From Candidatus Shapirobacteria bacterium (GTDB taxonomy: Bacteria > Patescibacteriota > Microgenomatia > VGLL01): 60,671 nucleotides of DNA. The translations under genes were made by a program, and so were the position numbers. Below are positions 1 to 9,113 of this stretch, piece after piece. The first letter of the stretch is position 1; each line of letters starts with the position of its first letter. The stretch lies in the NCBI GenBank assembly GCA_016866735.1, contig VGLL01000001.1:1-60671 (forward strand), read 5' to 3'. The notes under the pieces were generated by a model. That model was not told where the DNA came from, searched no databases, and was given only the letters and a program-made list of their open reading frames with translations.

Positions 1-2
1 AA

Positions 3-614
3 TTTAAAACAAGACTTCTCGGAGAATACAATCAATATAATTGCCTGGTGGCGATTGCCGTGGCGAAAAGTCTGAGAATTGCTGACGAAGTGATTAAAAA
101 GGCCCTGGCTGATTTTTCTGGAGTTTCTGGCCGAATGGAAGAGATCTCCGAGGGGCAAAATTTCGGAGTTATCGTTGATTTCGCCCACACTCCAGCCGCC
201 TTTGAGGCAGTTCTTAGCGCGCTGCGTGGCCGGGTAAAAGGCGGGATTATTCACGTTTTCGGCTGCACTGGCGAGCGAGACAAGAGTAAGCGGCCAATGA
301 TGGGAGAGATTTCCGCTCACCTAGCTGATAAAATAATCTTAACTTGCGAAGATACATATCACGAAGATCCCGAGAGAATTATTAAAGAAATCGGAGTAGG
401 GGTAAAAAGTGGGGGAAAAGTTTTAGATAAGGATTATTGGATTATGACAGATCGAGAGGAGGCCATTGGGCGGGCAATTAAAATGGCAAAAAGAGATGAT
501 TGTGTTCTAGTCACCGGTGTAGGACACCAAAGAACATTGAATCTTGGCGGTCGGGAGACGCCCTGGTCGGATCAAGAAACTTGCAGGCGATTTTTAAAAG
601 AGAGGGTATCATGA
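3..614 (+). CDS. murE: MurE-type Mur ligase, C-terminal part (5' truncated by window edge)
   Basis: The frame is open from nt 3 (FKTRLLGEYNQYNCL). Motifs GRME, VDFAHTP, VFGCTGERDKSKRPMMG and GVGH are typical of the MurE C-terminal domain. Confidence 0.9.
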   Translation, partial: FKTRLLGEYNQYNCLVAIAVAKSLRIADEVIKKALADFSGVSGRMEEISEGQNFGVIVDFAHTPAAFEAVLSALRGRVKGGIIHVFGCTGERDKSKRPMMGEISAHLADKIILTCEDTYHEDPERIIKEIGVGVKSGGKVLDKDYWIMTDREEAIGRAIKMAKRDDCVLVTGVGHQRTLNLGGRETPWSDQETCRRFLKERVS

Positions 615-1375
615 AATTGATATTTGGCGAATATAAGGCAAGTTACGAAAAATACTATTTCCCTTACCAGGTTTGGTTGCTGAAGGAAGATAAAGATTCC
701 CTCGAGGAAATTTATAATTTAGGATTTTTGCCGATTAGGAATCTACCGGGTGTTTTTTATCTTTCTAGGAGTGTGCGGGTAAGCCTCGAGAAATTTTCCC
801 CCTCTAGTGAGAACAGGAGAGTTTTAAGAAGGACCTCTGATTTTAACTTTGAATTTATGGCGCTAGACCAATTTGGCTATACATCGGCCGTGCAGAAATT
901 TTGTAAGGATTATATGGATAAGCGCTTTGGCAAAGGGCAAATGAGTGTTGCGGACATAAAGAGCGTTTTTCGAAAAGGAGTTTATAACCGAATTTTTATC
1001 GGGAAGAAAGGCAAAGAAGAAGTTGGATACGCTCTCTGTCTGGCGGCAGAAAACCTAATCCAATATGCCCATGCTTTCTACGATCTAAAATTTCTGTCTT
1101 TGAATTTAGGCGCGAGAATGATGCTCCAGGCGGTAATGTGGGGGAAAGAAAACGGCAAAAAATATGCCTATTTGGGCACGTGCTATGAAAAAAGCGCGCT
1201 CTATAAGACGGAATTTTCCGGCGTTGAGTTCTTTAATGGCTTTCGCTGGTCGGATAACCTGGAAGAGTTAAAGTGTTTAGTCGAGAGAAAAAGCGAAACT
1301 TATCTTTTCAAAGACGAAGATTTCAGAAACAAGTTCTACAGCCAAAGCCTAGAGGAAATGTTTAAGCATCAATGA
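611..1375 (+). CDS. ATE/Bpt-like aminoacyl-tRNA transferase (GNAT-like fold)
   Basis: The ATG at 611 overlaps the murE stop (ATGA). The segments R-V-x-L-x-x-F-x-P-S...RR, AFYD..LNLG and YAYLG..ALYK..F..VEF resemble the arginyl-tRNA-protein transferase C-domain. Confidence 0.6.
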   Translation: MKLIFGEYKASYEKYYFPYQVWLLKEDKDSLEEIYNLGFLPIRNLPGVFYLSRSVRVSLEKFSPSSENRRVLRRTSDFNFEFMALDQFGYTSAVQKFCKDYMDKRFGKGQMSVADIKSVFRKGVYNRIFIGKKGKEEVGYALCLAAENLIQYAHAFYDLKFLSLNLGARMMLQAVMWGKENGKKYAYLGTCYEKSALYKTEFSGVEFFNGFRWSDNLEELKCLVERKSETYLFKDEDFRNKFYSQSLEEMFKHQ

Positions 1376-2817
1376 AGAAGCACGCCTACTTTGTCGGTAT
1401 TGCAGGCAAGACAATCGCTCCCCTCGCCAAAATGTTTAAGGATTTAGGTTGGCGAGTAACAGGTTCCGATCAGGCCGAAATCTACCCTCCGATTAGTACC
1501 TATCTAAGAAAAAACAAAATTTCTTATTGCCGGGGGTATGCCGAGGAGAATTTAGAGGGACGACCCGATTTAGTAGTGGTGGGCCGGAGCGCACTTCTTG
1601 TCAACCCGCAGAATCCGGAATATCTGAAAGCCAAAAAGCTTGGCCTCAAGGTTCTTTCCCACCCGGAAACATTAAGAGAATATATAGTTAGGAAAAATTC
1701 GGTGGTAGTGGCTGGAACTTACGGGAAAACAACGATTTCCGCGCTAATGTCCTGGATATTAGAAGTAGCTGGGCTTAATCCCTCCTTTATGACGAGCGGC
1801 GTCCCCTTAAATTTTCCCGATGGGGTACGCGGCACTGATTCTCTTTGGTCGGTGATTGAGGGCGATGAGCCACCGGCGATGAAAGAGACCGACCCCTCTA
1901 AATTTATGTTTTATAAACCGAAATATGTCATTTTAACTGCCTGTCGGTGGGATCACCCCGAGGTTTTTCCAAGCGAGAAGGCGTACCTAGGGGCATTTAT
2001 TAAATTTGTTAAATTAATTCCGAAAGATGGTCTTTTAGTGGTCTGTCGGGAGGGGGAAAATAACGAGGTAGTGGCGAAAAAAGCGAATTGCCCCGTAGTG
2101 TGGTATTCAACTAGGGATCATGGGGCGGATTTTTGGATGGAAGATCTCTCCTTTAGGAGCGATTTTACGCAATTTACGGTAGTTAGTAAAAAGAATGGCA
2201 GTATGATTGCTCTCGAATCACCCCTTCTCGGTCTCCATAACGTGCAAAATGTTTGTGGAGCAGTTGCCTTAGCGCTTAATTTTAAAATTGATCCCCTAAA
2301 GATCCAGTCCGCCGTAAAAACATTTAGCGGGGTAAGGACGAGACTCGAGTTTCTGGGAAAGTTTAAGGGGGTAGAAGTATATTGGGATTTTGCCCAGCAC
2401 CCATTTAAGGTAAAAGAAGCATTGGCTGCCCTGCGCACGCGCTATCCGAAGGAAGCCATCTTTTGCGTTTTCCACCCCCACCAAAATATGTTGCAGAGGA
2501 GAGAGAGTCTCTCGTGGTATTCGGGCAGTTTTGATAAGGCAACAGAGGTAATCGTAGCCAGGTTTACTTTCTTCTCGAGGCTTGCCCGCAAAGATAGGGT
2601 AACGGGGAAGGATATTGCCGGCCAAATAGCGAAAACCCAACCAAATGTTCACTATCTCCCGCTTGACAAGGAAGTCATAAATTTTTTAGTGAAAAACTGG
2701 GCAAGGGCAAAAGTGGTGATTTTTATGTCATCGGGCGGACAGAAGGTGCCGGAAATGATAAAGACTTTGGCAAAGAAGTTAGGCGTAGGGATATCGCAGC
2801 TGGACAGCCTATGCTAA
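1372..2817 (+). CDS. murC: UDP-N-acetylmuramate--L-alanine ligase (MurC/Mpl family)
   Basis: Motifs FVGIAG..VTGSD, AGTYGKTT P-loop, IEGDE, WDHPE and DFAQHP. Confidence 0.8.
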   Translation: MKKHAYFVGIAGKTIAPLAKMFKDLGWRVTGSDQAEIYPPISTYLRKNKISYCRGYAEENLEGRPDLVVVGRSALLVNPQNPEYLKAKKLGLKVLSHPETLREYIVRKNSVVVAGTYGKTTISALMSWILEVAGLNPSFMTSGVPLNFPDGVRGTDSLWSVIEGDEPPAMKETDPSKFMFYKPKYVILTACRWDHPEVFPSEKAYLGAFIKFVKLIPKDGLLVVCREGENNEVVAKKANCPVVWYSTRDHGADFWMEDLSFRSDFTQFTVVSKKNGSMIALESPLLGLHNVQNVCGAVALALNFKIDPLKIQSAVKTFSGVRTRLEFLGKFKGVEVYWDFAQHPFKVKEALAALRTRYPKEAIFCVFHPHQNMLQRRESLSWYSGSFDKATEVIVARFTFFSRLARKDRVTGKDIAGQIAKTQPNVHYLPLDKEVINFLVKNWARAKVVIFMSSGGQKVPEMIKTLAKKLGVGISQLDSLC

Positions 2818-2845
2818 AATTAAAAGCAGAATAAATTTTTTTGAG

Positions 2846-4105
2846 ATGGCAAAATTTATTATCTCCGGCGGAAGACAGCTTAAGGGAGAAATCCGGCCGC
2901 AGGGCAATAAAAACTCTGTCCTTAAGATCATGGCGGCTGCCCTTTTAACCCATGAAGAGTGCCTAATTGAGAACGCGCCAAAGATAAGTGATGTTTTGGC
3001 GCTGGGGGAGATTCTTAAGGAAATTGGCGTTAGGGTAGAGGGCCTAGGCACCGATATTCTCAGGATCCAAGCGAGAGATATTAAAAATACTGTTTTGCCT
3101 CCCGAGTTGGTGGCCAAGTTGCGCGCTTCGGTGGTTTTGATGGGTCCGCTCCTGGCAAGAAATGGCGAGGTGAGTTTTCGTCATCCCGGTGGCTGTGTTC
3201 TTGGCCGGCGGGCGATCGGGACTCATTTTGACGTTGTTAGGTCTTTGGGGGGAGAAGTCGAGGCCCAAGGTGAGAATTACTATGCTAAGATGAGAAAACC
3301 GGGGCCCGCCAGTATTTTCCTTGATGAGGTTTCGGTGACGGCAACAGAAAATGCGCTACTTTTGGCTTCCTCAATTAACGGCGAAACGGAAATTCGCGAT
3401 GCTGCTTGTGAGCCCCACGTTCAAGAACTCTGCGATGTTTTAGAAGAAATGGGGGCGAAAGTTTCCGGGCAAGGCAGCAATCTCCTCAAAATTACCGGCG
3501 TGCAAAAGTTAAAAGGTTTCCACCACAGAATTTGGCCAGACCATATTGACGTGGGTACATTGGCAATTGCCGCGGCCGTGACCGCCGGGCAAATAGAAAT
3601 TAAAGAAATTAGGCCACAAGACCTGGAAATGATACTCCTCTATCTTTCCCGATTCGGCGTGCAGTTTAAAATTAAGGGCAGTACGTTGTCCATGTTACCC
3701 TCAAAGTTAGTTGCCCCTTTGGGCAAAATTCAGACTCGTCCTTGGCCCGGCTTCCCCACCGACTTAATGAGCGCCTTAATCATTTTGGCGACGCAAGCGC
3801 AAGGAACGACTCTTTGTCACGACTGGATGTATGAATCAAGGCTGTTCTTTGTTGACTCCTTAATTACCATGGGGGCAAACATCACCATTTGTGATCCCCA
3901 TCGCGTTTTGGTCAACGGGCCAACTGTTCTTCGCGCAAAGAATCTTTCGAGCCCAGACATCCGCGCCGGCGTAGCCCTATTGGTGGCTGCTCTCTGCGCC
4001 AAGGGGGAGAGCGTCATTGATAACATTGAAATGATAGACCGAGGATACGAGAAAATTGATGAGCGACTGGCCCTTCTCGGGGCGGATATTAAAAGAGTAA
4101 GTTAG
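2846..4105 (+). CDS. murA: UDP-N-acetylglucosamine 1-carboxyvinyltransferase
   Basis: Motifs GNKNS, LRASV, PGGC (active Cys), SVTATEN, PGFPTDL and DIRAG. Confidence 0.97.
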   Translation: MAKFIISGGRQLKGEIRPQGNKNSVLKIMAAALLTHEECLIENAPKISDVLALGEILKEIGVRVEGLGTDILRIQARDIKNTVLPPELVAKLRASVVLMGPLLARNGEVSFRHPGGCVLGRRAIGTHFDVVRSLGGEVEAQGENYYAKMRKPGPASIFLDEVSVTATENALLLASSINGETEIRDAACEPHVQELCDVLEEMGAKVSGQGSNLLKITGVQKLKGFHHRIWPDHIDVGTLAIAAAVTAGQIEIKEIRPQDLEMILLYLSRFGVQFKIKGSTLSMLPSKLVAPLGKIQTRPWPGFPTDLMSALIILATQAQGTTLCHDWMYESRLFFVDSLITMGANITICDPHRVLVNGPTVLRAKNLSSPDIRAGVALLVAALCAKGESVIDNIEMIDRGYEKIDERLALLGADIKRVS

Positions 4106-5227
4106 ATGGAGAAAATAAACTTAGCGGTTGTTTTTGGAGGCAAGTCATTAGAACACGAAGTCTCGATTGTTTCGACTTTTCAGGCCTGGGAGTGGATCAA
4201 TCCACAAAAATACAACCGCTACTTAATTTATATTGACCAGAATAACCGTTCTTATTTGTGCCCCTCGCTGAGGAAAGAAAATTATCAGCAATTTATTAAA
4301 AAAGTCCTGGAAGAAAAGAGGGGAATTGAGTTTATCTCCGGAGGCTTTCGTTACTCTCGGTCCTTTTTGAAAAAGGAAGTCGGTATTGATGTTGCCCTGC
4401 TTATTTTGCATGGCGCCTATGGCGAGGATGGCCGAGTTCAGGGGATGCTTGATTTTTACGGAATTCCTTTTACGTGCTCGGGCGTTTTGGGTAGCGCCCT
4501 GGGGATGGATAAGGTAGAACAAAAGAATATATTCGAAAAGCTTGGTTTGCCAATTACTCCCTATTTATGGTTTTATGACTTTGAGTACCAAAGTAGCCCC
4601 CAGAAAATTAAACTAGAGATTAAAAAGTGCCTCAAATATCCCCTTTTCGTTAAGCCCGCTAATGGTGGTTCAAGCGTTGGCGTTACAAAGGTGAAAGAGG
4701 AGCGAGGCTTAGATCAAGCGGTCCAAAAGGTTAGTCAATACGACCACAAGATTTTGGTTGAACAGTCTGTTGGGGGGGTTGATATTAATTGCTCGGTGAT
4801 GGGTGGATATGAGTTGCGAGTGACTCCGTGCGAGCAGCCGCTTTCGGAGGACGAGTTCCTCTCGTTTAGAGAAAAATACCTGAAGGGAGGAAAGACTAAG
4901 GGAATGGCAGGCTTGTCGAGGATTATCCCGGCTCCGATCCCAGACGAGGTGGCCGGCCTCGCTCAAGAAATGGCCAAAAAAGTCTTTAGGGAACTCGGTT
5001 GCTGGGGAATGGCAAGAATGGACTTCCTCTATCAGAAAGAAACGCAAAAGATTTACCTTAATGAAATTAATACCATCCCCGGTTCACTAGCTTTTTATCT
5101 ATGGCAAGCCTATGGCTTGACGCCCAGTCAGATGGTTGACGAGCTGATTAAATTAGCGTTGGAGCGCGAGGAAGAAAGGGCCCGCCTTAATTATCACTAC
5201 CAAAGCGAAATTCTGAATCAGAAATAG
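4106..5227 (+). CDS. ddl: D-alanine--D-alanine ligase
   Basis: Motifs FGGKSLEHEVS, LHGAYGEDG, MDK, VKPANGGSSVG and NEINTIPG. Confidence 0.93.
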   Translation: MEKINLAVVFGGKSLEHEVSIVSTFQAWEWINPQKYNRYLIYIDQNNRSYLCPSLRKENYQQFIKKVLEEKRGIEFISGGFRYSRSFLKKEVGIDVALLILHGAYGEDGRVQGMLDFYGIPFTCSGVLGSALGMDKVEQKNIFEKLGLPITPYLWFYDFEYQSSPQKIKLEIKKCLKYPLFVKPANGGSSVGVTKVKEERGLDQAVQKVSQYDHKILVEQSVGGVDINCSVMGGYELRVTPCEQPLSEDEFLSFREKYLKGGKTKGMAGLSRIIPAPIPDEVAGLAQEMAKKVFRELGCWGMARMDFLYQKETQKIYLNEINTIPGSLAFYLWQAYGLTPSQMVDELIKLALEREEERARLNYHYQSEILNQK

Positions 5228-6369
5228 TGATCGGGGAGTTCGTTTTCTATGAGAATGACCGTTGGTGGTCGTAAAAGCGGGGTTAAGACAGTCTCGTAGG
5301 TTTGATTTTTTTCTACAAAGATAATTCTCTTAGCGCCTTTGGCACCTCGAGCGAGAGATTCCCTATTAGTTTTACCGACGATTAGAAAAATATCGCAGAT
5401 TTTGGTCGCTTCAGCGGCGATCTCGCAATTGATTTCGTTCTGTTTTTTGCCAAACTCGATCATTCCCGGCGTAATAATAATCTTTTGGTAGGCTTTGTAT
5501 TTAGCCAGTTCATCTAGGGCTTTTCTAAACCCAAGAGGGTTGGAATTATAGGAGTCGTCAAGATAAACCAAATCGCGACTTACCCTCTTCGTGGTTAGTC
5601 GGTGTGCTGGCGGTGCAAATAGTTTAATTCTTTTTTTAATTTGGCTGGGAGAAATATTTAGTTGCGCGCCAATTGATAGACAGACTTTTGCGGGATCGAT
5701 TATTTCGTGGTCTTTTGTTGGCAAGAAGAGCCTTTGTCTGTCGGTAATAAAAGGTACAAGCTCCATCTTAGTTTGCCGAATGTTTTCCAAGGTTTTAAAG
5801 CGTTCTAGGTGCATCCAGCCGATACTGGTAATAACCCCAAAATTTGGCTTAACCAGCTGGCAAATTGCCTTAATATCTCCTCTTTGATAGGCGGCGGCCT
5901 CAATGATGAGGACTTGTTGCCTATTATTAATCTTACGTAAAACCAGAAGGGCGATACCGATTTGGGTATTGATATTGGCTGGCGTTTTGGCTACTTGATA
6001 TTTATGCTCTAAAACGTAGGCGAGCATTTCCTTAAGAGTAGTTTTGCCGTAGCTCCCCGTGATAACTATTTTTATTAGTTTTGGATAAAACATTAGCTTA
6101 ATCTTGGCCAGAAAAATGATAATCTCTTTTGTGGGGCTGGAGATTTTATCAACTAGGGAGTTGGCGAAACTGACTGCTCTTTTCTCCCCGAATAAGGGGA
6201 TAAATAAAAATGAGGCGACGAGGGTAAGAATCGTTCTTGTAGTCCAGCGGAGTTTATTTTTCCTTTCTTCAAGATCCTGAATCCGATACCTTTTTAGCCA
6301 ATCGAGGTAACGCTCGTTTTGGTACTCTTCAAGTTGGAGCAGGTAAAGCAGTTTCCTTAGAGTTTTCAT
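5218..6369 (-). CDS. murF: MurF-like Mur ligase (short, with N-terminal hydrophobic segment)
   Basis: Motifs ITGSYGKTT, NINTQIG, HLERF, DDSYNSNP and TPGMIEFG. Confidence 0.75.
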   Translation of the reverse strand: MKTLRKLLYLLQLEEYQNERYLDWLKRYRIQDLEERKNKLRWTTRTILTLVASFLFIPLFGEKRAVSFANSLVDKISSPTKEIIIFLAKIKLMFYPKLIKIVITGSYGKTTLKEMLAYVLEHKYQVAKTPANINTQIGIALLVLRKINNRQQVLIIEAAAYQRGDIKAICQLVKPNFGVITSIGWMHLERFKTLENIRQTKMELVPFITDRQRLFLPTKDHEIIDPAKVCLSIGAQLNISPSQIKKRIKLFAPPAHRLTTKRVSRDLVYLDDSYNSNPLGFRKALDELAKYKAYQKIIITPGMIEFGKKQNEINCEIAAEATKICDIFLIVGKTNRESLARGAKGAKRIIFVEKNQTYETVLTPLLRPPTVILIENELPDHYF

Positions 6370-7052
6370 TTATTTATAAAGTTGGCAATTAGATTTGCAA
6401 TTTCTTCTGGGTTTTGCTGAAACACGAAATGGTTACCGGAAACAATTTCTAACCTGCTATTGGGAATTAACTGGTGAATGTTTTCTCCTAAATCTGGGGA
6501 CAATTCATTGTCTTCTTTCCCCCAAATAACAAGAGTAGGAGATTTAATTTTGGCATAAATCGGTCGTAAATCCTCTTTAACGATATTTTTGAAAAGCGGC
6601 CGGAGCCGGCCAGCGTTTTTGTAATCCCGACTGACCAGAAATGAGCGGACGACTCGCTTAATCGGCGTAGGGATAAGCTCTTTAAAGCGATACCAGATTT
6701 TCGGTTCCGGAATCCCGGAGGGGGCGATTAAGATTAATTTGGTAATGATTTTAGGGTTTTGATAGGCAACCAGGGTAGCGATTTTTCCGCCGTATGAATG
6801 GCCAACCAAAGTCACCGGCGTAATTTTTTTCTTTAGAAGCCAGTATTTAACCGCCAAGGCGTAATCTTTGGAGGAACTGATCTTTTGTGGCAGTTCGCTT
6901 TGGCCAAATCCTGGAAGTTCTATTAAAAAGAGCTTGCGCTGTTTGAACAAAAAGGGGACTAGCGGCGTAAAAGAATGACAGTCTTGCTGCCAGCCATGGA
7001 TAAAGACAATCGGAGGTTTCCCTTCTCCGAACTCAAGAAAATTGAGCTCCAT
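6366..7052 (-). CDS. Alpha/beta fold hydrolase
   Basis: HGW, PGFG, GHSYGG nucleophile elbow, IWG..D and C-terminal His. Its stop overlaps the murF-like start. Confidence 0.9.
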   Translation of the reverse strand: MELNFLEFGEGKPPIVFIHGWQQDCHSFTPLVPFLFKQRKLFLIELPGFGQSELPQKISSSKDYALAVKYWLLKKKITPVTLVGHSYGGKIATLVAYQNPKIITKLILIAPSGIPEPKIWYRFKELIPTPIKRVVRSFLVSRDYKNAGRLRPLFKNIVKEDLRPIYAKIKSPTLVIWGKEDNELSPDLGENIHQLIPNSRLEIVSGNHFVFQQNPEEIANLIANFINK

Positions 7053-7093
7053 GGCTTGATTTTAGCATAAAAAGCATCTAATATCTAAATGTT

Positions 7094-8125
7094 ATGGCTT
7101 TGTTTTTGGGACTTTTAATTTTCTCTTTTACCGTTACCAGCATCCTCATTATTCCCTTTATTAACATTCTCTACAAAATTAAATTCTTGCGGGCAGAACA
7201 GAAAACAACCGACTTCCAGGGCACACGAACTTCTATTTTCGACAGGCTTCATAAACACAAGGCGGGAACGCCGGTCGGGGGCGGCTTGCTAATTATTCTT
7301 CTGGTCTTTCTTCTTTATGTTTTTCTTTTCCCCCTTCTCTCTTATCTCGGGGTTTATATTACGGCCGTTTTCCCCATTAAAGAAGAACTAAATATTCTCT
7401 TTTTTACCTTTATCTCCTTTGGTATTTTGGGGCTCTACGATGACGTGATGAAATTCTTTGGTTTCCGGCGGACGGGATTCTTTGGCCTAAAGATGCGCCA
7501 CAAATTCGCTATTCAGTGGATTCTTGGCCTCATCATTGCCGTTCTCTTGGCGCAAAATCTGAAAATTAACTTTATCTATATTCCTTTCTTTGGCGTTTTG
7601 AAGTTAGGATGGCTTTATTTGCCTCTGGCCGCCGCCATCATTGTCGCTTTCGCGAATGCCTTTAACATTACGGATGGCCTGGACGGGCTTTCTTCGGGGC
7701 TTTTGATGATCTGTCTTTTTGCTTTTTGGTTCATTTCCCATACTGTTTTGGACACGCCGCTTTCGGTTTTCTTGGCTCTTTGGATTGGATCTTTGATTGC
7801 CTTTTTATACTTTAACGTTTATCCGGCGCGGCTTTTCCTGGGCGATGTGGGCGCGCTTTCTTTCGGGGCAACGCTGGGAGTGATTGGTCTTTTAATAGGG
7901 AAAGTTGCTGCCTTAGTGGTTATTGGGGGAATCTTTGTGCTCGAGGCCACGACTAGCCTCTTGCAGATGCTTTCCAAAAGATTTTTGGGGAGAAGACTCT
8001 TTGCTTGTGCGCCGCTACACCTTTTCTTGCAGAATAAGGGATGGGAAGAGCCAAAAATCGTCATGCGTGCTTGGTTAGCCGGCATCATGCTGGCCATTTT
8101 CGGTCTATGGCTGGCAGTGATATAA
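7094..8125 (+). CDS. mraY: Phospho-N-acetylmuramoyl-pentapeptide transferase
   Basis: Multi-TM protein with KAGTPVGGG, GLYDD, NAFNITDGLDGL, FLGDVG and APLH motifs. Confidence 0.95.
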   Translation: MALFLGLLIFSFTVTSILIIPFINILYKIKFLRAEQKTTDFQGTRTSIFDRLHKHKAGTPVGGGLLIILLVFLLYVFLFPLLSYLGVYITAVFPIKEELNILFFTFISFGILGLYDDVMKFFGFRRTGFFGLKMRHKFAIQWILGLIIAVLLAQNLKINFIYIPFFGVLKLGWLYLPLAAAIIVAFANAFNITDGLDGLSSGLLMICLFAFWFISHTVLDTPLSVFLALWIGSLIAFLYFNVYPARLFLGDVGALSFGATLGVIGLLIGKVAALVVIGGIFVLEATTSLLQMLSKRFLGRRLFACAPLHLFLQNKGWEEPKIVMRAWLAGIMLAIFGLWLAVI

Positions 8126-8127
8126 GA

Positions 8128-8178
8128 CCTGCCATCGGGCAGGAATTTAAAATTCAAAATGGAAAATGTAGAATTGAA
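8128..8178. repeat. CCTGCC-atcg-GGCAGG palindrome followed by 5 degenerate heptamers
   Basis: Hairpin at 8128-8143, then aatttaa aattcaa aatggaa aatgtag aattgaa. Confidence 0.6.
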
Positions 8179-8229
8179 CACTTTGATAATTTGAATTATT
8201 GAAGTGTTGTGAGATTGAATTAGCGAACC

Positions 8230-8934
8230 ATGATCGAGAAGTCGCCTGCGATTGAACAGCTGCTTTACCAATATACTCATCTTCCGATTGGCGGAAAGAA
8301 GATTAGATGCCCTTATTGGATGGACAAAATAAAAAAGGGGATTTGCGGGCCATCTGGCGGGAAGGGGAGTCCTGAGCAGATTGTTGAGGCCACTTTGATG
8401 GCAGCCAAGAAAGAGGGTATTAATTTAGACGAGCTTTCTACAAAACAAATAAAAGCCTTCATGAAGAGAAACCGGATTGGTATTGATTGTTCGGGTTTGG
8501 CTTTCAATCTTCTCAACGTTCTGGACAAAGAAAAAGGCGGCAAAGGCCTAGCCGAGAAGATTCCGGGAGCAAAAGGGAAATTTCTAGTGAGAGCTAATGT
8601 AAGAATGCTAACCGATCGAAACGTTTCCATGCCGGTTAGTTCGGTTTCCGATATTAAAATAGGCGATATGATTAGGCTCCGAGGCGGCAGGCATATCGCA
8701 GTGGTGGCTGCAGTGAAAAAAAGCCGTAGCGGGAAAATCACCGAAATTACTTACACTCATTCATCACCCAAAACAGCAGTTAGCGGGGTTCACTCGGCGA
8801 AGATCAAGGTTAAGGACGAAGCCAGGAGATTAGAAAATCAGGAGTGGCTGGAGGAAACCAAAGACGACAAAAACTATGGCAAGTTTGCCTTTTCTCCCCT
8901 ACGCGGCGATGGAGTAAGAAGGTTCAAGCTATAA
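8230..8934 (+). CDS. NlpC/P60-like cysteine hydrolase
   Basis: Motifs GIDCSG, GDMI, RHIAVV and YTHSS, giving a Cys/His/His triad pattern. Confidence 0.65.
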   Translation: MIEKSPAIEQLLYQYTHLPIGGKKIRCPYWMDKIKKGICGPSGGKGSPEQIVEATLMAAKKEGINLDELSTKQIKAFMKRNRIGIDCSGLAFNLLNVLDKEKGGKGLAEKIPGAKGKFLVRANVRMLTDRNVSMPVSSVSDIKIGDMIRLRGGRHIAVVAAVKKSRSGKITEITYTHSSPKTAVSGVHSAKIKVKDEARRLENQEWLEETKDDKNYGKFAFSPLRGDGVRRFKL

Positions 8935-8939
8935 TTTCT

Positions 8940-9092
8940 TTACTTCTCTTCTTCGATCAGCAAGACCCGAGGCGGGTCAAGGCTGACTATCTCCATTTCT
9001 GCCCCACAGTTCTCGCACTCGATAATTTCGCCGACCTCGGCATCTCCGGAGACGAGAACTTCTTTCTGACAGTCAGGACATTTGACAGTCAT
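8940..9092 (-). CDS. LysW-like zinc-ribbon amino-group carrier protein (50 aa)
   Basis: Sequence MTVKCPDC...GEIIECENCGAEMEIVSLDP...EEEK has two CxxC pairs and is acidic. It lacks the canonical EDWGE tail. Confidence 0.75.
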   Translation of the reverse strand: MTVKCPDCQKEVLVSGDAEVGEIIECENCGAEMEIVSLDPPRVLLIEEEK

Positions 9093-9113
9093 ACTGAATG
9101 GTATAATTGAAGC

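Noticed and set aside
500..610. N-terminal extension of the 500..1375 ORF
   Set aside because: It overlaps murE by more than 100 nt; the ATG at 611 with an ATGA overlap is the more plausible start.
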